Numbered from the whole stretch's first letter, positions 12,449 to 24,994 are shown. The stretch is DNA of 62,239 nucleotides, filler included, from Basidiobolus ranarum (GCA_040143965.1; 33 parts of 33 records of this genome joined end to end with filler, not necessarily neighbours in it); one strand, 5' to 3'. Notes: generated by a model from the letters alone, not told the origin. Program-made: numbers and translations.

Positions 12449-12606
12449 GTGAATAAGTGACTAAATATAGGAGGTTTATGTGAATACGTGACTAAATATA
12501 GGAGGTTTATGTGAATACGTGATTAAATATAGGAGGTTTTTGTTAATATGTGACTAAATAAAGGAGGTTTATGTGAATACGTGACTAAATATAGGAGGTT
12601 TATGTG
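12449..12606. repeat. Minisatellite, 31-bp unit x5 (GTGAATACGTGACTAAATATAGGAGGTTTAT)
   Basis: Head-to-tail units with few substitutions and no spacers. Confidence 0.93.
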
Positions 12607-13266
12607 TAAGTATTTTTTTGCGTTTTTAATGCTGTCAAATGTGGTATTCAGTACATATCCAATCTACAGTGCCATTTCTGTTTAAGTTTAATTGATTAAG
12701 CTCCAATTTGAGTATGACCTTTGACAGAAATTCAATGCTGCATCAATTTAGGAACAACTCTATGGCACTTGTTACAAAGACTAAGAGATATATGTGAGAA
12801 TGGTGGGGCATATATTTTATATATATGATATGATGGGAGCATTGATGTAAAGAGTATTTATTTACATTACATAAATCACTATTTATACTGTATATATGGT
12901 CACATTGATTCTAAGATAGATCTGTCTAAAAGTGTCAATGATCACTGACAATATTTATGCACATGCATACAACTATCTTGAGGATTAATAGCCGAGATAT
13001 TTTCTGATTGAGGTTTCTTACTGGTTATCAATGTTCTGTGATACTTGGTCCAACTATTACTATGTTACCACAATACAGAAACAACGTTGACAAACCTTTT
13101 CAAGCTACTGATTGCCTGGAATAGAAGCCCGTTTATTTGTTCTCATTTATTTGTTCCTGCTATGGNNNNNNNNNNNNNNNNNNNNNNNNNNNNNNNNNNN
13201 NNNNNNNNNTTAATTAATTAANNNNNNNNNNNNNNNNNNNNNNNNNNNNNNNNNNNNNNNNNNNNT

Positions 13267-13533
13267 ATTGCATTGATGGCAGGAAGGAAAACACAAGCCT
13301 GTTGGTGGTTTATGTTTCTCTTTGGCCTTCCATTGTGGGCAGTGGCAATACCATTGTATAGTCTGTGGAAGATGGATGACTTCAGTTGGGGAAGCACACG
13401 TCCTACCGCTCATGTTGAGAAGACAGAGGTTGCTAGTGATGACACCGATGCAGTCAGGATAAGTATGCCCGATCCAGCTCATTTACATTCGTCTCAAGAT
13501 GCTGACCAGTCAAAGACCGTGTACGAAAAATAA
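13267..13533 (+). CDS. chs: Chitin synthase C-terminal fragment (division 2, class IV/V-like), 5'-truncated
   Basis: Hydrophobic segment followed by IPLYSLWKMDDFSWGSTR, the conserved W-x-x-DDFSWG-x-TR chitin synthase motif; short tail without an obvious DEK_C domain. Confidence 0.9.
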   Translation: MALMAGRKTQACWWFMFLFGLPLWAVAIPLYSLWKMDDFSWGSTRPTAHVEKTEVASDDTDAVRISMPDPAHLHSSQDADQSKTVYEK

Positions 13534-14099
13534 TACAGCTGCATTCTATTGTGAATTTGCCATATATTTTAACCATGTATTTATCTCATTGACGCATAAT
13601 TCATTTTGTATAGTAAGAGTTTTCTAAATTCAACACAAACAACTTTCCTCTCATCAATTTCTTGTTAGTGTATCATGGCACTATAGCAGTCCGCCAATAA
13701 ATAACAACTTTTAATATAATTTAATAATACAGCACCGAGATCATTCAGCATTACATAAGCTGAGCACTTCTTACTCTAAAACTAAACGGTTTAGTTGAAT
13801 TGTCTTATCTCACAATGCAACAATATGTAGAAGCTTCAACTTAATAATTTAGAATATGTAGCTCCTATGTAAGATGTCGGATCTAGTTGGGGCAATCCAA
13901 GTAATTATCTAGATATTTAAACAACGTGGAGTCGATGGCTTACATATCGATTGTTTATATATACGATGGACATTTGTATTATGTATGCAAGTATAGATAG
14001 TGATGCTTCATCATAGAGAAAGCGGTACTGATGATTCGCGAAAGGCCCCAGTTGTGAAGAGGGTTACAGAATGCTGATCAAATTGGCAGAATACTATCA

Positions 14100-14512
14100 A
14101 ATTTCTGGAACTTTTTCTTCCTCTGAAAAATTGGATGGAATCAATTATCAAGTTTGGAATATTTAAATGAAAAGGCTGCTATAAGAAAAACAACCCTGGG
14201 ATATTGTTATAGGAGAAGAAGGCAATGGTGTCGGAAATCAAAGTCTTACTCTTGGTTAACAAAACAAATTGTTATTAATATAAGCACTCTCAATGTTAAA
14301 GACAAATTGCTAATTAAATGTTCAAGAGCCAAAACTGCCAAGAAGATATGGAAATCCTTGGAAGACACATAACAAACATGTTCTGCTGCTAACAAGAAGT
14401 TTCTATGAGGAAAATTCTTTAACTCAATGGTGAAGCCAGGAGAAGACATTAAATCACTAATTAATAGTGTTAAAGTTTTAGTGAATGAAATGGAATGCAT
14501 TGGAGTGCCTAC
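14100..14512 (+). mobile_element. Copia gag remnant
   Basis: EKLDGINYQVW...WDIVIGEE...AKTAKKIWKSLE...SAANKKFL with stops. Confidence 0.85.
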
Positions 14513-14671
14513 TGTTAAAGTGTTTGAGAGGCTGTCCAGAGTGGTTTGGAGAAGTAGATCAATTGGTGGCCTACATATATTGATTTATTGCATTGAAAGT
14601 TGACATTTATAGTTTTGTCAAGATGCAAACAAACTAACATGCAGAATGCCTTTAGAAAAGTCCCAGCAACA
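14513..14671 (-). repeat. Copia LTR family B fragment, interrupted by a family C LTR
   Basis: Matches the first half of 53231-53581. Confidence 0.75.
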
Positions 14672-15058
14672 TGTTGGATAATTAATCTTTATTCAACATC
14701 ATAGTTAACTTCAGTTATGATACATATATCAGAAACAGAAAGCAATGTATCTATAGCCCCTATATTCTAAATAGGAATAACTCTAGATCTATATAACAGG
14801 TATGTCTTATTACCCCCACTTATCTATTATATCTTATTACACAAACTCCTGAATAACTTAAACTATTGATTTACTTTTCTACTATATAAGTCATCACGTA
14901 CTCTTAAGAATAAAGTAACTACAAACACACTATCATAAGTTGCTTCTAATACTCAAAGTCTACCCCCATTATGTCAAGATCCTCCAACATGGTAGCAGCA
15001 AGTGAATTAGAGTCTTCTTCCCAAAAGGAGATTACAAATATTCCAACATTCAATGGGG
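14672..15058 (+). mobile_element. Copia family C 5' LTR (14672-14989), PBS TGGTAGCAGC (14990-14999) and gag start
   Basis: TGTTGG...CCAACA termini; TGGTAGC is complementary to the tRNA-iMet 3' end. The frame from 14989 reads MVAASELESSSQKEITNIPTFNG. Confidence 0.87.
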
Positions 15059-15158
15059 NNNNNNNNNNNNNNNNNNNNNNNNNNNNNNNNNNNNNNNNNN
15101 NNTTAATTAATTAANNNNNNNNNNNNNNNNNNNNNNNNNNNNNNNNNNNNNNNNNNNN

Positions 15159-15712
15159 GGAGGAGTCTACAGTGGATACCTGGGTATCTTTAAAATCATT
15201 AGGTGTATGCTGCTTTGTGCCATCTGCACCTTTATTTGACTATGCAAGCAAAATTTTGCAAGTGGTGGCTTCCCATGCCAAAGTAGAATATGAATCAGGA
15301 AGAATCTGCTTTGACAGGATACATAACTATCATATGTGTCTACAAAGTTAGACTGTGTTGGCCTCAATCACAATTAGGGATCTGTTTATATTATTGGTTA
15401 AAATGTCAAAGTTAATTTCCTCAAGTGTAATCAAGCACAATGCATCCCACATTGAGCCATTTCAGTATGTATGTCTTGTAAATTGATTAAGATCTCACTA
15501 TGATTAACTTTATTGATGCAGTTTATCACCACCTTGGAAGATATATTTGAGAAGTACTGTTGCTCATATACTCCAGCACCTACCAGATAGCAGCCAGTCA
15601 ATTGGTTTGTTTGTATTAAAACTATTGTCCAATCAGATTTTGGTGCACTATGAATGGTAGTTAGAGTGGGAGAAGCTTCCATACCAGGCATCAAGTAAGC
15701 GAGAATTATCTT
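15159..15712 (+). mobile_element. DDE_Tnp_4-type element: upstream region plus internally deleted transposase 5' part
   Basis: Homologous to 56692-57400 and 19819-20410. Confidence 0.7.
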
Positions 15713-15718
15713 GGTGTA

Positions 15719-16285
15719 CACTAACAGAAATAAAATTGATTTGATCCAGATTGAATCTACGCTTCTGGATTGCAAAACCATTAGAGAATCATCACAACAT
15801 TGGTGGCATGCATTCTGCCACGTATTTTTATGATGAGGTGCCAGCTTCTTGATGGTATTCAGTCAGTAATCATACATCTTAAAATATTGATCCTCATACT
15901 TGGTTTGCATTATTTGATTTCTGGATATTTTTTGCCAAAATCTAATATTTGATGGCAAATTACTAGGTTTACTGCTTTAGGAATTTGCATTAATCTGCAT
16001 GCCTTAATTTAGACACTTTAGGCTTTGTATTCCAGCCATAATAAGAATCAAAACGTACAAGAATCTTATTCAGTTTGGTCTCAACTTATGCCCATACTTG
16101 ACTGATCAGGCAGAACTCAACAACGTCAATATTCTTTACCAGCAAACTAATGGTGGCAAAATTGCTAAAAATCTGAAACTTTATATAGTGATGACACTGA
16201 ACAAATAGCTGACTCTTGTTAATGTTTACATTGAGAATAACCTCTTAGATTTTGGCAAATTTCCATAAAGAATTCAGCCAGAATA
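15719..16285 (-). mobile_element. CACTA-like terminus (here literally CACTAACAG) and transposase C-terminus
   Basis: Collinear with 25755-26320; interrupted at 16286 by a gypsy LTR. Confidence 0.8.
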
Positions 16286-16819
16286 TGTCACAATAAGGAA
16301 TGAGACAAGAACTGGAACAATGACAAGAGGCTAGAAAGCAGGAGAGTACTTGGGTGTAGACCACAAGACAAGACAAGACTGGACTGGATATGGAAGATAC
16401 TTTGGCAAGAATCTTCATTGATAACTGGCATTGATCAGACTGAGGTCTGATCAAGGAATACATGGGGCTTATATAGATATTGCAAGGTGAAACATAATAT
16501 ACTAAATAGGGAATATACTGTAGCAAGTTCAAGTGTTGGGGTGTTGGGGACTACAAGGAGCGATATGAACGGGGATGATGTAAGGATGATCAGGTGACCT
16601 TCCATGGAAGGTCTTGGCATAAATACACTATGTGTGGGTTGACACAATTGGTTAGGTTTCATGGAATGTTCCAAAGTACATGACTTCCATATAAGGTAAC
16701 CTGGATGAACTAACACAAGATTGTCAAGAAGTGGTGGCACAGCAGATTTAATGTCACAATCTAATAATAGAAGAGTTCTATTTGCAGTGGATCAGTGTGC
16801 CAAGATCAGAGTCATGACA
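16286..16819 (-). repeat. Ty3/gypsy 3' LTR (534 bp, TGTCA...TGACA)
   Basis: Inverted termini; preceded on the minus strand by the polypurine tract GAAGGGGATAC. Other copies lie at 17300-17423, 43500-44088 and 58685-58828. Confidence 0.85.
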
Positions 16820-16831
16820 GTATCCCCTTCT

Positions 16832-16950
16832 TTAGTGATGGCTTCCAGACACCATAAGGCCAGGTTTTTCTTGGTAGGCTTCATGAAACTCCAGGCAAAG
16901 TTGCTTAGAATTGGACAGATTTGTTGCTAGCTCCCATGATTGATCATTTG
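16832..16950 (-). mobile_element. Chromodomain C-terminus of a chromoviral gypsy integrase
   Basis: NDQSWELATNLSNSKQLCLEFHEAYQEKPG...* fits the SWEP..NL.N...L..EFH..YP.KP pattern and sits just before the PPT and LTR. Confidence 0.8.
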
Positions 16951-17050
16951 NNNNNNNNNNNNNNNNNNNNNNNNNNNNNNNNNNNNNNNNNNNNTTAATT
17001 AATTAANNNNNNNNNNNNNNNNNNNNNNNNNNNNNNNNNNNNNNNNNNNN

Positions 17051-17423
17051 ATATAATATATGTTCCAATTTTCAGCTAAGTGATATTTGACTAAGTAATG
17101 TTAGCTAACTTATATGTGATATATGAAATAGTTAGGTGTATAAAGATAGAGATAACAAATATGATAAAGACAATAAACTTCGACAATCCTAAGTAAATTC
17201 TGATTGAGAATAATTGATAATATCTTAGGGAGTTATAAGATAACTAAGTACTAAGCTATATGTGACTATATAGGTGTTTAGGCAATGCTAATTTTAACAG
17301 ATTCTTGCCAAAGTATCTTCCTTGTCCAGTCTTGTCTTGTCTTGTAGTCTACACCCAAGTACTCTCCTGCCTTCTAGCCTCTTGTCGTTGTTACCAGTCC
17401 TTATCCAGTTCCTTATTGTGACA
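17051..17423. repeat. Stack of nested LTR ends: family A (17051-17185), family B (17186-17299), gypsy (17300-17423)
   Basis: Each piece ends at its own recognisable ...ACA terminus. Confidence 0.8.
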
Positions 17424-18370
17424 TAAGCATAGTAAGCTGATGTATGGAAAATCCTGCAATGGAACATTGGATATCTGTGAAACAAATAATATGCTATCTG
17501 ATAGGAATAATGCATCATAGAATTCTATTCAGTAAGCAGTACAACATGTCACTTATTTTGGAAGTATATGCTGATGCAGACTGGGCTAACAGTACAGAAG
17601 ACTGTAAATCCAGAACTGGATATGTGTTTAATCTAGCAGGTGGGCCAATATGCTGGATTAGCAAGAAGCAACAAACTGTTGCATTATTGACTACAGAAGG
17701 AGAATATATGGCAAGCTCTATGACTGTTAAAGAAGCTATATGGCTAAGGAGTCTTCTTAAGGAACTAGGATATGATCAAGTTAATCCTACCCCAATATAT
17801 CCAGATAAAATTAGTTGAATTCAGATCACCAAAAATCCTGAGCATCACTCAAGGATGAACCATATTGACATAAGACTTCATTTTATACAAGAGAATGTTC
17901 AAGACAAAGAAGTGAACTTTATTTATTGTAATTCTGAAAACAAACTGGTGGATATACTAACAAAACCACTCAAAATTTGAAGCTTTAAGAAGTAAAGAGC
18001 AGGAATAGGCATTAGTAAATATAAGCACTATGCTGAATAAGAATTAAGGGAAGGTATTGGATAATTAATCTTTATTCAACATCATAGTTAACTTTAGTTG
18101 TGATACATATATCAGAAACAGAAAGCAATGTATCTATAGCCCCTATGTTCTAAATAGGAATATCTCTATATCTATATAAAAATATGTCTTATTACCCCCA
18201 CTTATCCATTATATCTTATTACACAAACTCCTGAATATCTCAAACAATTGATTTACTTCTCTACTATATAAGTCACCATATACTCTTGAGAATAAAGTAA
18301 CTACAACACACTATCATAAGTTGCTTCTGATACTCAAAGTCTACTCACAATATGTCAAGATTCTCCAATA
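17424..18370 (+). mobile_element. Copia RT end/RNase H, PPT (AAGGGAAGG) and family C 3' LTR (18055-18370)
   Basis: YADADWA...SRTGYVF...WISKKQQTVAL.TTEGEY...HIDIR.HF. Confidence 0.92.
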
Positions 18371-18942
18371 AATACATGTGTAAATTTCAAATATAGCTTG
18401 ACAATATTGTGGCAATATGTAGATGGCATGACCAATAAGAATTAAACTTATGATGGTTTCATTTGATTTTGCCTCAGAAATTTATGTTATGGAAGCTGGA
18501 TATCACTATTTGTCAAAAGAGTGAAACATCAAGACTAATACTGAAAATCAAATTCTTAGCATAAGTTCTCAATAATAAGTGCTCCAATGTATTCTGTTTT
18601 GTTATCTAACATGGTGGCTCTTTTATTGGTGATTCTTTTGATATACCCTATTTCATTTTTGATTTAAAAAATGTCTTCTGAGATAAATCTTGCTGGCAGC
18701 ATAACATATTTGTTTGATGTCTTTGAAAGCCTTGCATACCGTCTTGGCAGTTTGGCCCCTGAAGTACAAGCTAGCAACTTGTCCGTAACATAAAGACATA
18801 TTGTGTTGATGGTGCTTGGCTGTTTATAACCTGGAGTAAAACNNNNNNNNNNNNNNNNNNNNNNNNNNNNNNNNNNNNNNNNNNNNTTAATTAATTAANN
18901 NNNNNNNNNNNNNNNNNNNNNNNNNNNNNNNNNNNNNNNNNN

Positions 18943-19818
18943 ATTGATTTACTACGTAATTGGGGGATTACAATCTCTTCACTTGCACTATTGCTGGAAA
19001 GGAACACATCTGGTAAATTGATTAATGCTTCATCATTACTTGAGTTAGTTTCCAGCATGTTAATGCCTTCCAAAGTGGATAGTGGATTGCTAGACTGCTC
19101 ATCAATTAAGTCCTCTGTTCTTGCTGGTTTTTTTCCTTTCATGCCAGCAGGCTTTGGCTTGTAAGCCAATTTTGACTTAGATTTTGAATGCTCTTTGAAT
19201 GGCATTGAAATTTTCAGATGGTAAGCTTGGTGTAATGAAATTGCTTAGAAACAGCTTATAATAAACCACAAGGGCCATCCATTACTGGCAATATCTTGTA
19301 AATCCCCTGATGACTCATCTGTGACACCGTCTCAGAATCAGCCAATGATATTGATGGGCTATACCTAAAATACCACCCTTATGTGGGAGGTGTTCTTTTT
19401 TCTACAACATCCTTCTTATGCCGCAACATAAACATTTAAAGAAGCCCTGCTATTATTGTTGCAAATTCTTGTGCTATGAAAGCCAGAGGCTTCACAGAAA
19501 AAATAACCACAAGCACGGTGACTGTACAAAGGCACCAGCTGCACAAAGCCTGGTGTATAACAACAGTAATAAGTGCACTAAATTGACTTCAGTTTTGCCT
19601 ATTGAGTACACTGATTGTAGTTTGCCTTAAGGTTTTGGTAACACTGCCAAAAGTCAAGATACTGTGGAGTTACCACTGTTATATGACCAGAATGATGTAG
19701 GTCAAATGCAACTTTAGTCAAACCAGTAAGTTCAGACAACTTTGAGGACTGGCTGCTAGATGTTGACCTTGGTTATTCCAGTACCAATGGTAGTATATCA
19801 GAAGTTGAAGAAGATGAC
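18943..19818. mobile_element. CACTA-like central region (ORF2 start 19205 -, transposase start 19418 +)
   Basis: Same 212-bp divergent spacer and the same N-terminal peptides as the other copies. Confidence 0.85.
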
Positions 19819-20734
19819 CTGGTTTCAATCAAAATTAGGGATCTTTTTATATTATTAGTTAAAATGTCAAAGTTAATTTCCTATAGTGTGATCAAGCATA
19901 ATGCATTCCACTTTGAGCCATTTTGATATGTATGCTAAATAAATTGATTTGGATCAAACTATGATTAACTTTGCTGATGCAGTTTATTAAATAATTTCCA
20001 TGCAATTACACATAAATGAAATAAATAGGATTATAAATGCAAACAGAAATTTTATTATACAGATTGTAGGGAATTTTACTTTGCTAATTGAAATTTTTAG
20101 AGAAATAACTTGCACATGCCAGATCAATCAGCATTGTGCCAGCTCAATACAAGATTAATATCAATATCTCCATCTACTCTAATGGTCATTCCTCATTATT
20201 CCAAAAGCAACTTCTGGCTTTCCTCTCACCACCCTAGAGGCTATATTTGAGAACTACTGTGGCTTATATACTCCAACACCTACCAGCAAGCAGCTAGTCA
20301 ATTTGTTTTGTTACTACAAAAACTATTGTCCAATCAGATTTCAGTGCACTATTAATGGTAGCAAAAGTTGGACAAGCTTCCATACAAGGCTTCAAGTAAG
20401 TGAGAATTATCTAGCTTCAGTGATGAATGATGTTGAAAATGCCTGGGACAAAAGATTTAGAGACTCTATTATCCTTCCATTTCCTGGAGTTTTTCCCAAT
20501 AGAGTTCATATCAGAAGTATTCTTGACACATTTCCAGTCAGAATTAACAGGCCCAAAAGCAACCAAAAGCTATTCTGTTCTGGAAAGTACAAAGCCAACT
20601 GCGTAAAGTTCCAGGCTTTGACAGATTTGGAAGGAAACTTCATTTGGTTTAGTGGGCCACATCCAGGGAGACACCATGACAAAAGGCTTTGAGTTGAGAG
20701 GCATGCACCATTTGTAAGATATGAGAAGTCTATG
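19819..20734 (+). mobile_element. DDE_Tnp_4 (PIF/Harbinger/ISL2EU/IS5-like) transposase remnant
   Basis: ILDTFPVRINRPKSNQKLFCSGKYKANCVKFQALTDLEGNFIWFSGPHPGRHHD. Confidence 0.85.
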
Positions 20735-20834
20735 NNNNNNNNNNNNNNNNNNNNNNNNNNNNNNNNNNNNNNNNNNNNTTAATTAATTAANNNNNNNNNN
20801 NNNNNNNNNNNNNNNNNNNNNNNNNNNNNNNNNN

Positions 20835-21287
20835 GGGCAGAGAGTAAGTACCTATATAAGTGGACCCCTTTGCTTGTGTGATAATCTGATGGTATTTCTA
20901 GGAAAGCTGCAAGACAGACTTCTTGGTGAGATAGAGCAATATACACAGGATTATTGTTTTAGCCATGGGGTAATTTATAGAAAGCCTAAAATATTAAAAA
21001 AAGGCATTCATGTTAGTTTGAACTCCTACAGCAGTAAACCCAGTAATTTGCTATTCAAAAGTTATTTTTTTCCAAAAATGGCCAGATATTGAATAACACA
21101 TGCCAAATTTGAGGATCAATATTTTAACATGTATGAATACTGTCTAAAAACCATCAAGCAACTGCCATTACATCATTAAAATCCCTGGCAGAATGCAAGC
21201 CACCAATATCGTGACAGTTCTCTGATGGTTTTGCTATTTTGGAGGATGGATATGATCAGGATTAAATCAATTTTATATTTATTAGGG
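20835..21287 (+). mobile_element. CACTA-like transposase 3' remnant and terminus (...ATTAGGG)
   Basis: YCFSHGVIY peptide and subterminal repeat match the reverse of 25755-26407. Confidence 0.78.
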
Positions 21288-21954
21288 AATATATGGCAAG
21301 CTCCATGGCCGTTCAAGAAGCTATAGGGCTAAGGAGTCTTCTCAAGGAAGTAGGATATGTTCAAGTAAATTGTACCCTAATATATCAAGATAATATTAGT
21401 TGTATTCAGATCACCAAAAATCCTGAGCATCACTCAAGGATGAAACATATTGACATAAGCAATCATTTTATACAAGAGAAAGTTCAAGACAAAGAAGTGA
21501 ACCTTATTTATCTTAATACTAAAAACATGCTTGCAGATATACTAACTAACCCACTCAAAATTTCAAGCTTTGAGAAGTTGAGAGCAGGAATGGGCATTAG
21601 TGAAGATAAGCACAATGCTGAATAAGCATTAAGGGAAGGTGTCGGATAATTAATCTTTGTTGAACATCACAGTTAACTTTAGTTATGGTACATATATCAG
21701 AAATAGAGAGCAATGTCTCTATAGCCCCTATATTCTTAATAGGAATATCTCTATATCTATATAACAAGTATGTCTTATTACCCCAACTTATCTAATATAT
21801 CTTGTTGCACAAACTCCTGAATATCTCAAACAATTGATTTACTTTTCTACTATACAGGTACCATATACTCTTAAGAATAAAGTAACTAAATGCACTATTG
21901 TAAGTTGCTTCTAATACCCAAAGTCTACCCCTGTAAAGGCAAGATCCTCCAACA
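21288..21954 (+). mobile_element. Copia RNase H end, PPT and family C 3' LTR (21640-21954)
   Basis: IYQDNISCI...NPEHHSRMKHIDI..HFIQE...MLADILT, then AAGGGAAGG-TG. Confidence 0.92.
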
Positions 21955-22625
21955 ATTTTCAAAAGTATGAAGGGAAAAATGCAATGCAATTATGCAGAGA
22001 GTGGCTGCAGAAGAAGAACATTCAACTTGATATTCAGGCTGGTGTTGTCCATGCAGATATCTGAGAAGAACTTAATACAGAGTGGCAAAATTTTGCAAGG
22101 TATCCACCACATAGCTGGAAGAAAGTTGATTCAGCAACATTAACGCAATGGTGGGCTTTGATGGAGATATTGATACAAACTTGTGTTGGATATGAGCTAA
22201 ACCTTGGGTATGAAGAACTCTACAAAAAATTCATGATAATGTATCAAAGAAACTAGGGATTTCAAAGGTGACAAATCAGTGTTCAAGTGGTAAATGTGTA
22301 AAATTTGATTTTCACACATGTGTTGATCCATAGTTCTCTGAGATTTTAGCCAATCATACGCAACTATTTTGTGAGATCTTGATATTTCATTTCTGATATT
22401 GAAAAAATTGATGAAAATTAAATCTAACTTGACAATTTTATGATGGTAATTGATTGGTCAATCCCATATGGATTAAAATTGTGACAATTTTCCTACGATA
22501 ACAATCCTCAAATTTCTTTTAGGGAAAGTGGCTTCAGAAGAAGTACATTCAACTTCACATTCAGTCTAGTGGGGACTCTGCAGATATCTTGGATGAACTT
22601 AATACAGAGTGGCACAATTTTCCAG
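21955..22625 (+). mobile_element. CACTA-like ORF2 C-terminus and ORF2-side terminus (22524), abutting another ORF2 copy
   Basis: Collinear with 55180-55752; ends AAATTTCTTTTAGGG. Confidence 0.8.
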
Positions 22626-22725
22626 NNNNNNNNNNNNNNNNNNNNNNNNNNNNNNNNNNNNNNNNNNNNTTAATTAATTAANNNNNNNNNNNNNNNNNNN
22701 NNNNNNNNNNNNNNNNNNNNNNNNN

Positions 22726-23485
22726 AACACTCCAGATTATATTGACCTTCCAACAAAGGGCTCTTTTCAATGTACCCATTGGTTTTGTATTATTTGAGCT
22801 CCATAACAACAACAAAACCCAATCACTGGACACAGTAAGTATCTCTATAACTTGGACTATTTTGTTATTGTGTTAATCCAATAGTATTTCTAGGTAAGCA
22901 GCAAGAGAGATTTCTTAGCTACTCTATTTAGGAAATGCCATATCCACTTTTGGCAGGACTTTCATTGACTTTATATTGGAGATATTTTGGCTCAACTAAT
23001 TATAGAAATTTGCCAAAATCCAAGAGTTTATTCTGATTGTCAATAGTAACAAGTGTCAGTGTTACCGTGAATTTCAGATTTTTAGTAATTTTTCCACCAT
23101 ATGTTTTCTGGGAAAGCATGTCAATGTTGTGGAGTAACTTTTGATTGGTCAAGTAAGTACACATGTGGAGACTAAGTGCAACTAGATTTTATATATTTTG
23201 ATTCTCATTATCATGGGAATACAAAGCCTAAAATATCAAAATATACACTCGCATATTAATTCAAATTCCTATGAGAGTGAGCCTAGCAGTTTGCCAATAA
23301 AAAATTGGTTTTTTCCAAGAATTGCCGGAAATTTATGATGCATCCCAAGTGTGAGGAACAACATTTCACCATTTATGATGACCATCATAGTATCATAAGA
23401 AGACATCATCCTACCATCATGATCTCTAAAACAATGCAAGCCACCAATTTGTGATGGTCCTCTGAGGTTTATGTGCTCCAGAAGG
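22726..23485 (+). mobile_element. Diverged CACTA-like transposase C-terminal region and subterminal sequence
   Basis: Similar to the reverse complement of 25780-26400. Confidence 0.65.
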
Positions 23486-23489
23486 AGAG

Positions 23490-24410
23490 TATTGTACACT
23501 AAATAGATGTTAATATTGCTTTTTTGAATGGTGAGTTTGCTAAGGAGGTTTTTATGGCCAGAAGGATTTGTGGATTTAGAAACCTCTGAAAAAGTTCCAG
23601 ATTCTGGAAAAAATCTATGGCTTGGAGCAAATTTGAAGAGCTTGGAAAAGCAAGATAGATGTTTCTTTGTAAGCACTCAAATTGCAAAGGATTGAAACTG
23701 AATATAATACCAGGTACAGGCCAGATAAGACAAACCCAGTTTTGTCAGTTATAGATGCAAGCAACTCCATCAGGGCAACCAATGACTTGAAGACTTTGAA
23801 GAGAACTAGATCTAGCTTATCTGCAAAGTTTGATATGACCAAATTTGGTGAAATGATGTATTATTGTGAAATCCAACTTAAGATAAACAGAACTAACACA
23901 GCAATAACTTTAAACCTGTCTGAGTATAGCCTTGATATACTAAAGAATTTAAAATGGCAGAATGTATTCCAGTGTCTACCCCAATGGAGACAAATTAAAA
24001 CATGACCAAAAACGGCTCAAATCAGCAGTTGTTGAATCAAATTTTAGCACACTCCCACAACTAAATAGTCATATAAACTAATACTAATAATGGTCTAAGT
24101 TTCTCAAACTTCTGTCTAGCCAAAGGTTTGGTTGATACATCAGCAATCATGTCTTCTGTAGAGCAATATGTTAAGTCAATAAATTTATTCTCTTTTGTCT
24201 CTTTAATAAAGTGATGTCAAATATCTCTATGTTTGCTCAATTATGATTCATGGGATTTTAGCTAATTTGATAGAACTTTGATTATCTTGAGATATTATAG
24301 TTGATGAAGCTTGTGAACAAACTAAATCTTTCAAGAGTTGTCTTGACCATGTTGCTTCTTTTGTAGCCTCACAGGTAGCCATATTTTCTGTTTCCATTAT
24401 TAAAGTGCTA
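23490..24410. mobile_element. Copia RT remnant (+, to ~24035) and RNase H remnant (-, ~24050-24410)
   Basis: DVNIAFLNG and FDMTKFGEMMYY on +; EYMATCEATKEATW and MIADVSTKPL on -. Confidence 0.8.
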
Positions 24411-24418
24411 GAGTAGGT

Positions 24419-24516
24419 CCCTAACAGAAATTTGAGGATTTTTATCGCAGGAAAACCGTCACAATTTTAATCCATTTGGGATTGACTGTTTACTTACCAT
24501 CATAAAATCACGCCGG
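24419..24516 (-). mobile_element. CACTA-like ORF2-side terminus CCCTAACAGAAATTTG
   Basis: Same start as 31455 and 56441. Confidence 0.8.
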
Positions 24517-24616
24517 NNNNNNNNNNNNNNNNNNNNNNNNNNNNNNNNNNNNNNNNNNNNTTAATTAATTAANNNNNNNNNNNNNNNNNNNNNNNNNNNN
24601 NNNNNNNNNNNNNNNN

Positions 24617-24994
24617 TTGAAGTTTATTGTCTTTATCATATTTGTTATCTCTATCTTTATACACCTAACCATTTCATATATCACATATAAGTTAGTTAAT
24701 ATTACTTACTCAAATATCACTTAGCTGCAAATTGGAAAATATATTATAAATATATATGTGAATAATGTGGGAATTAGCAATTCCGTATTGGAAATTTCAA
24801 ACTTGTCCAAATTGCCCCAAAGATAGCTCATTTTACTTGCAAAGATGTTATGAGCTCAACCCTAGTGTTAGTTTTCTGAATTTCCACCATAATGTATAAA
24901 TGCTTTATTTATGGACAATAAATAACTATCTCACAAAGCTATTCACAACTCCACTTTTCTAAAGTTCCTCCAAACAGCCCATATTTTCCTAATA
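24617..24994 (+). repeat. Near-complete copia LTR family A inserted in the CACTA transposase
   Basis: Ends ...TTTTCCTAATA; the transposase sequence resumes immediately. Confidence 0.88.

Noticed and set aside
12449..12606. CRISPR-like array, or Shine-Dalgarno (AGGAGG) repeats
   Set aside because: Units are contiguous with no unique spacers, no cas genes are present and the context is eukaryotic.
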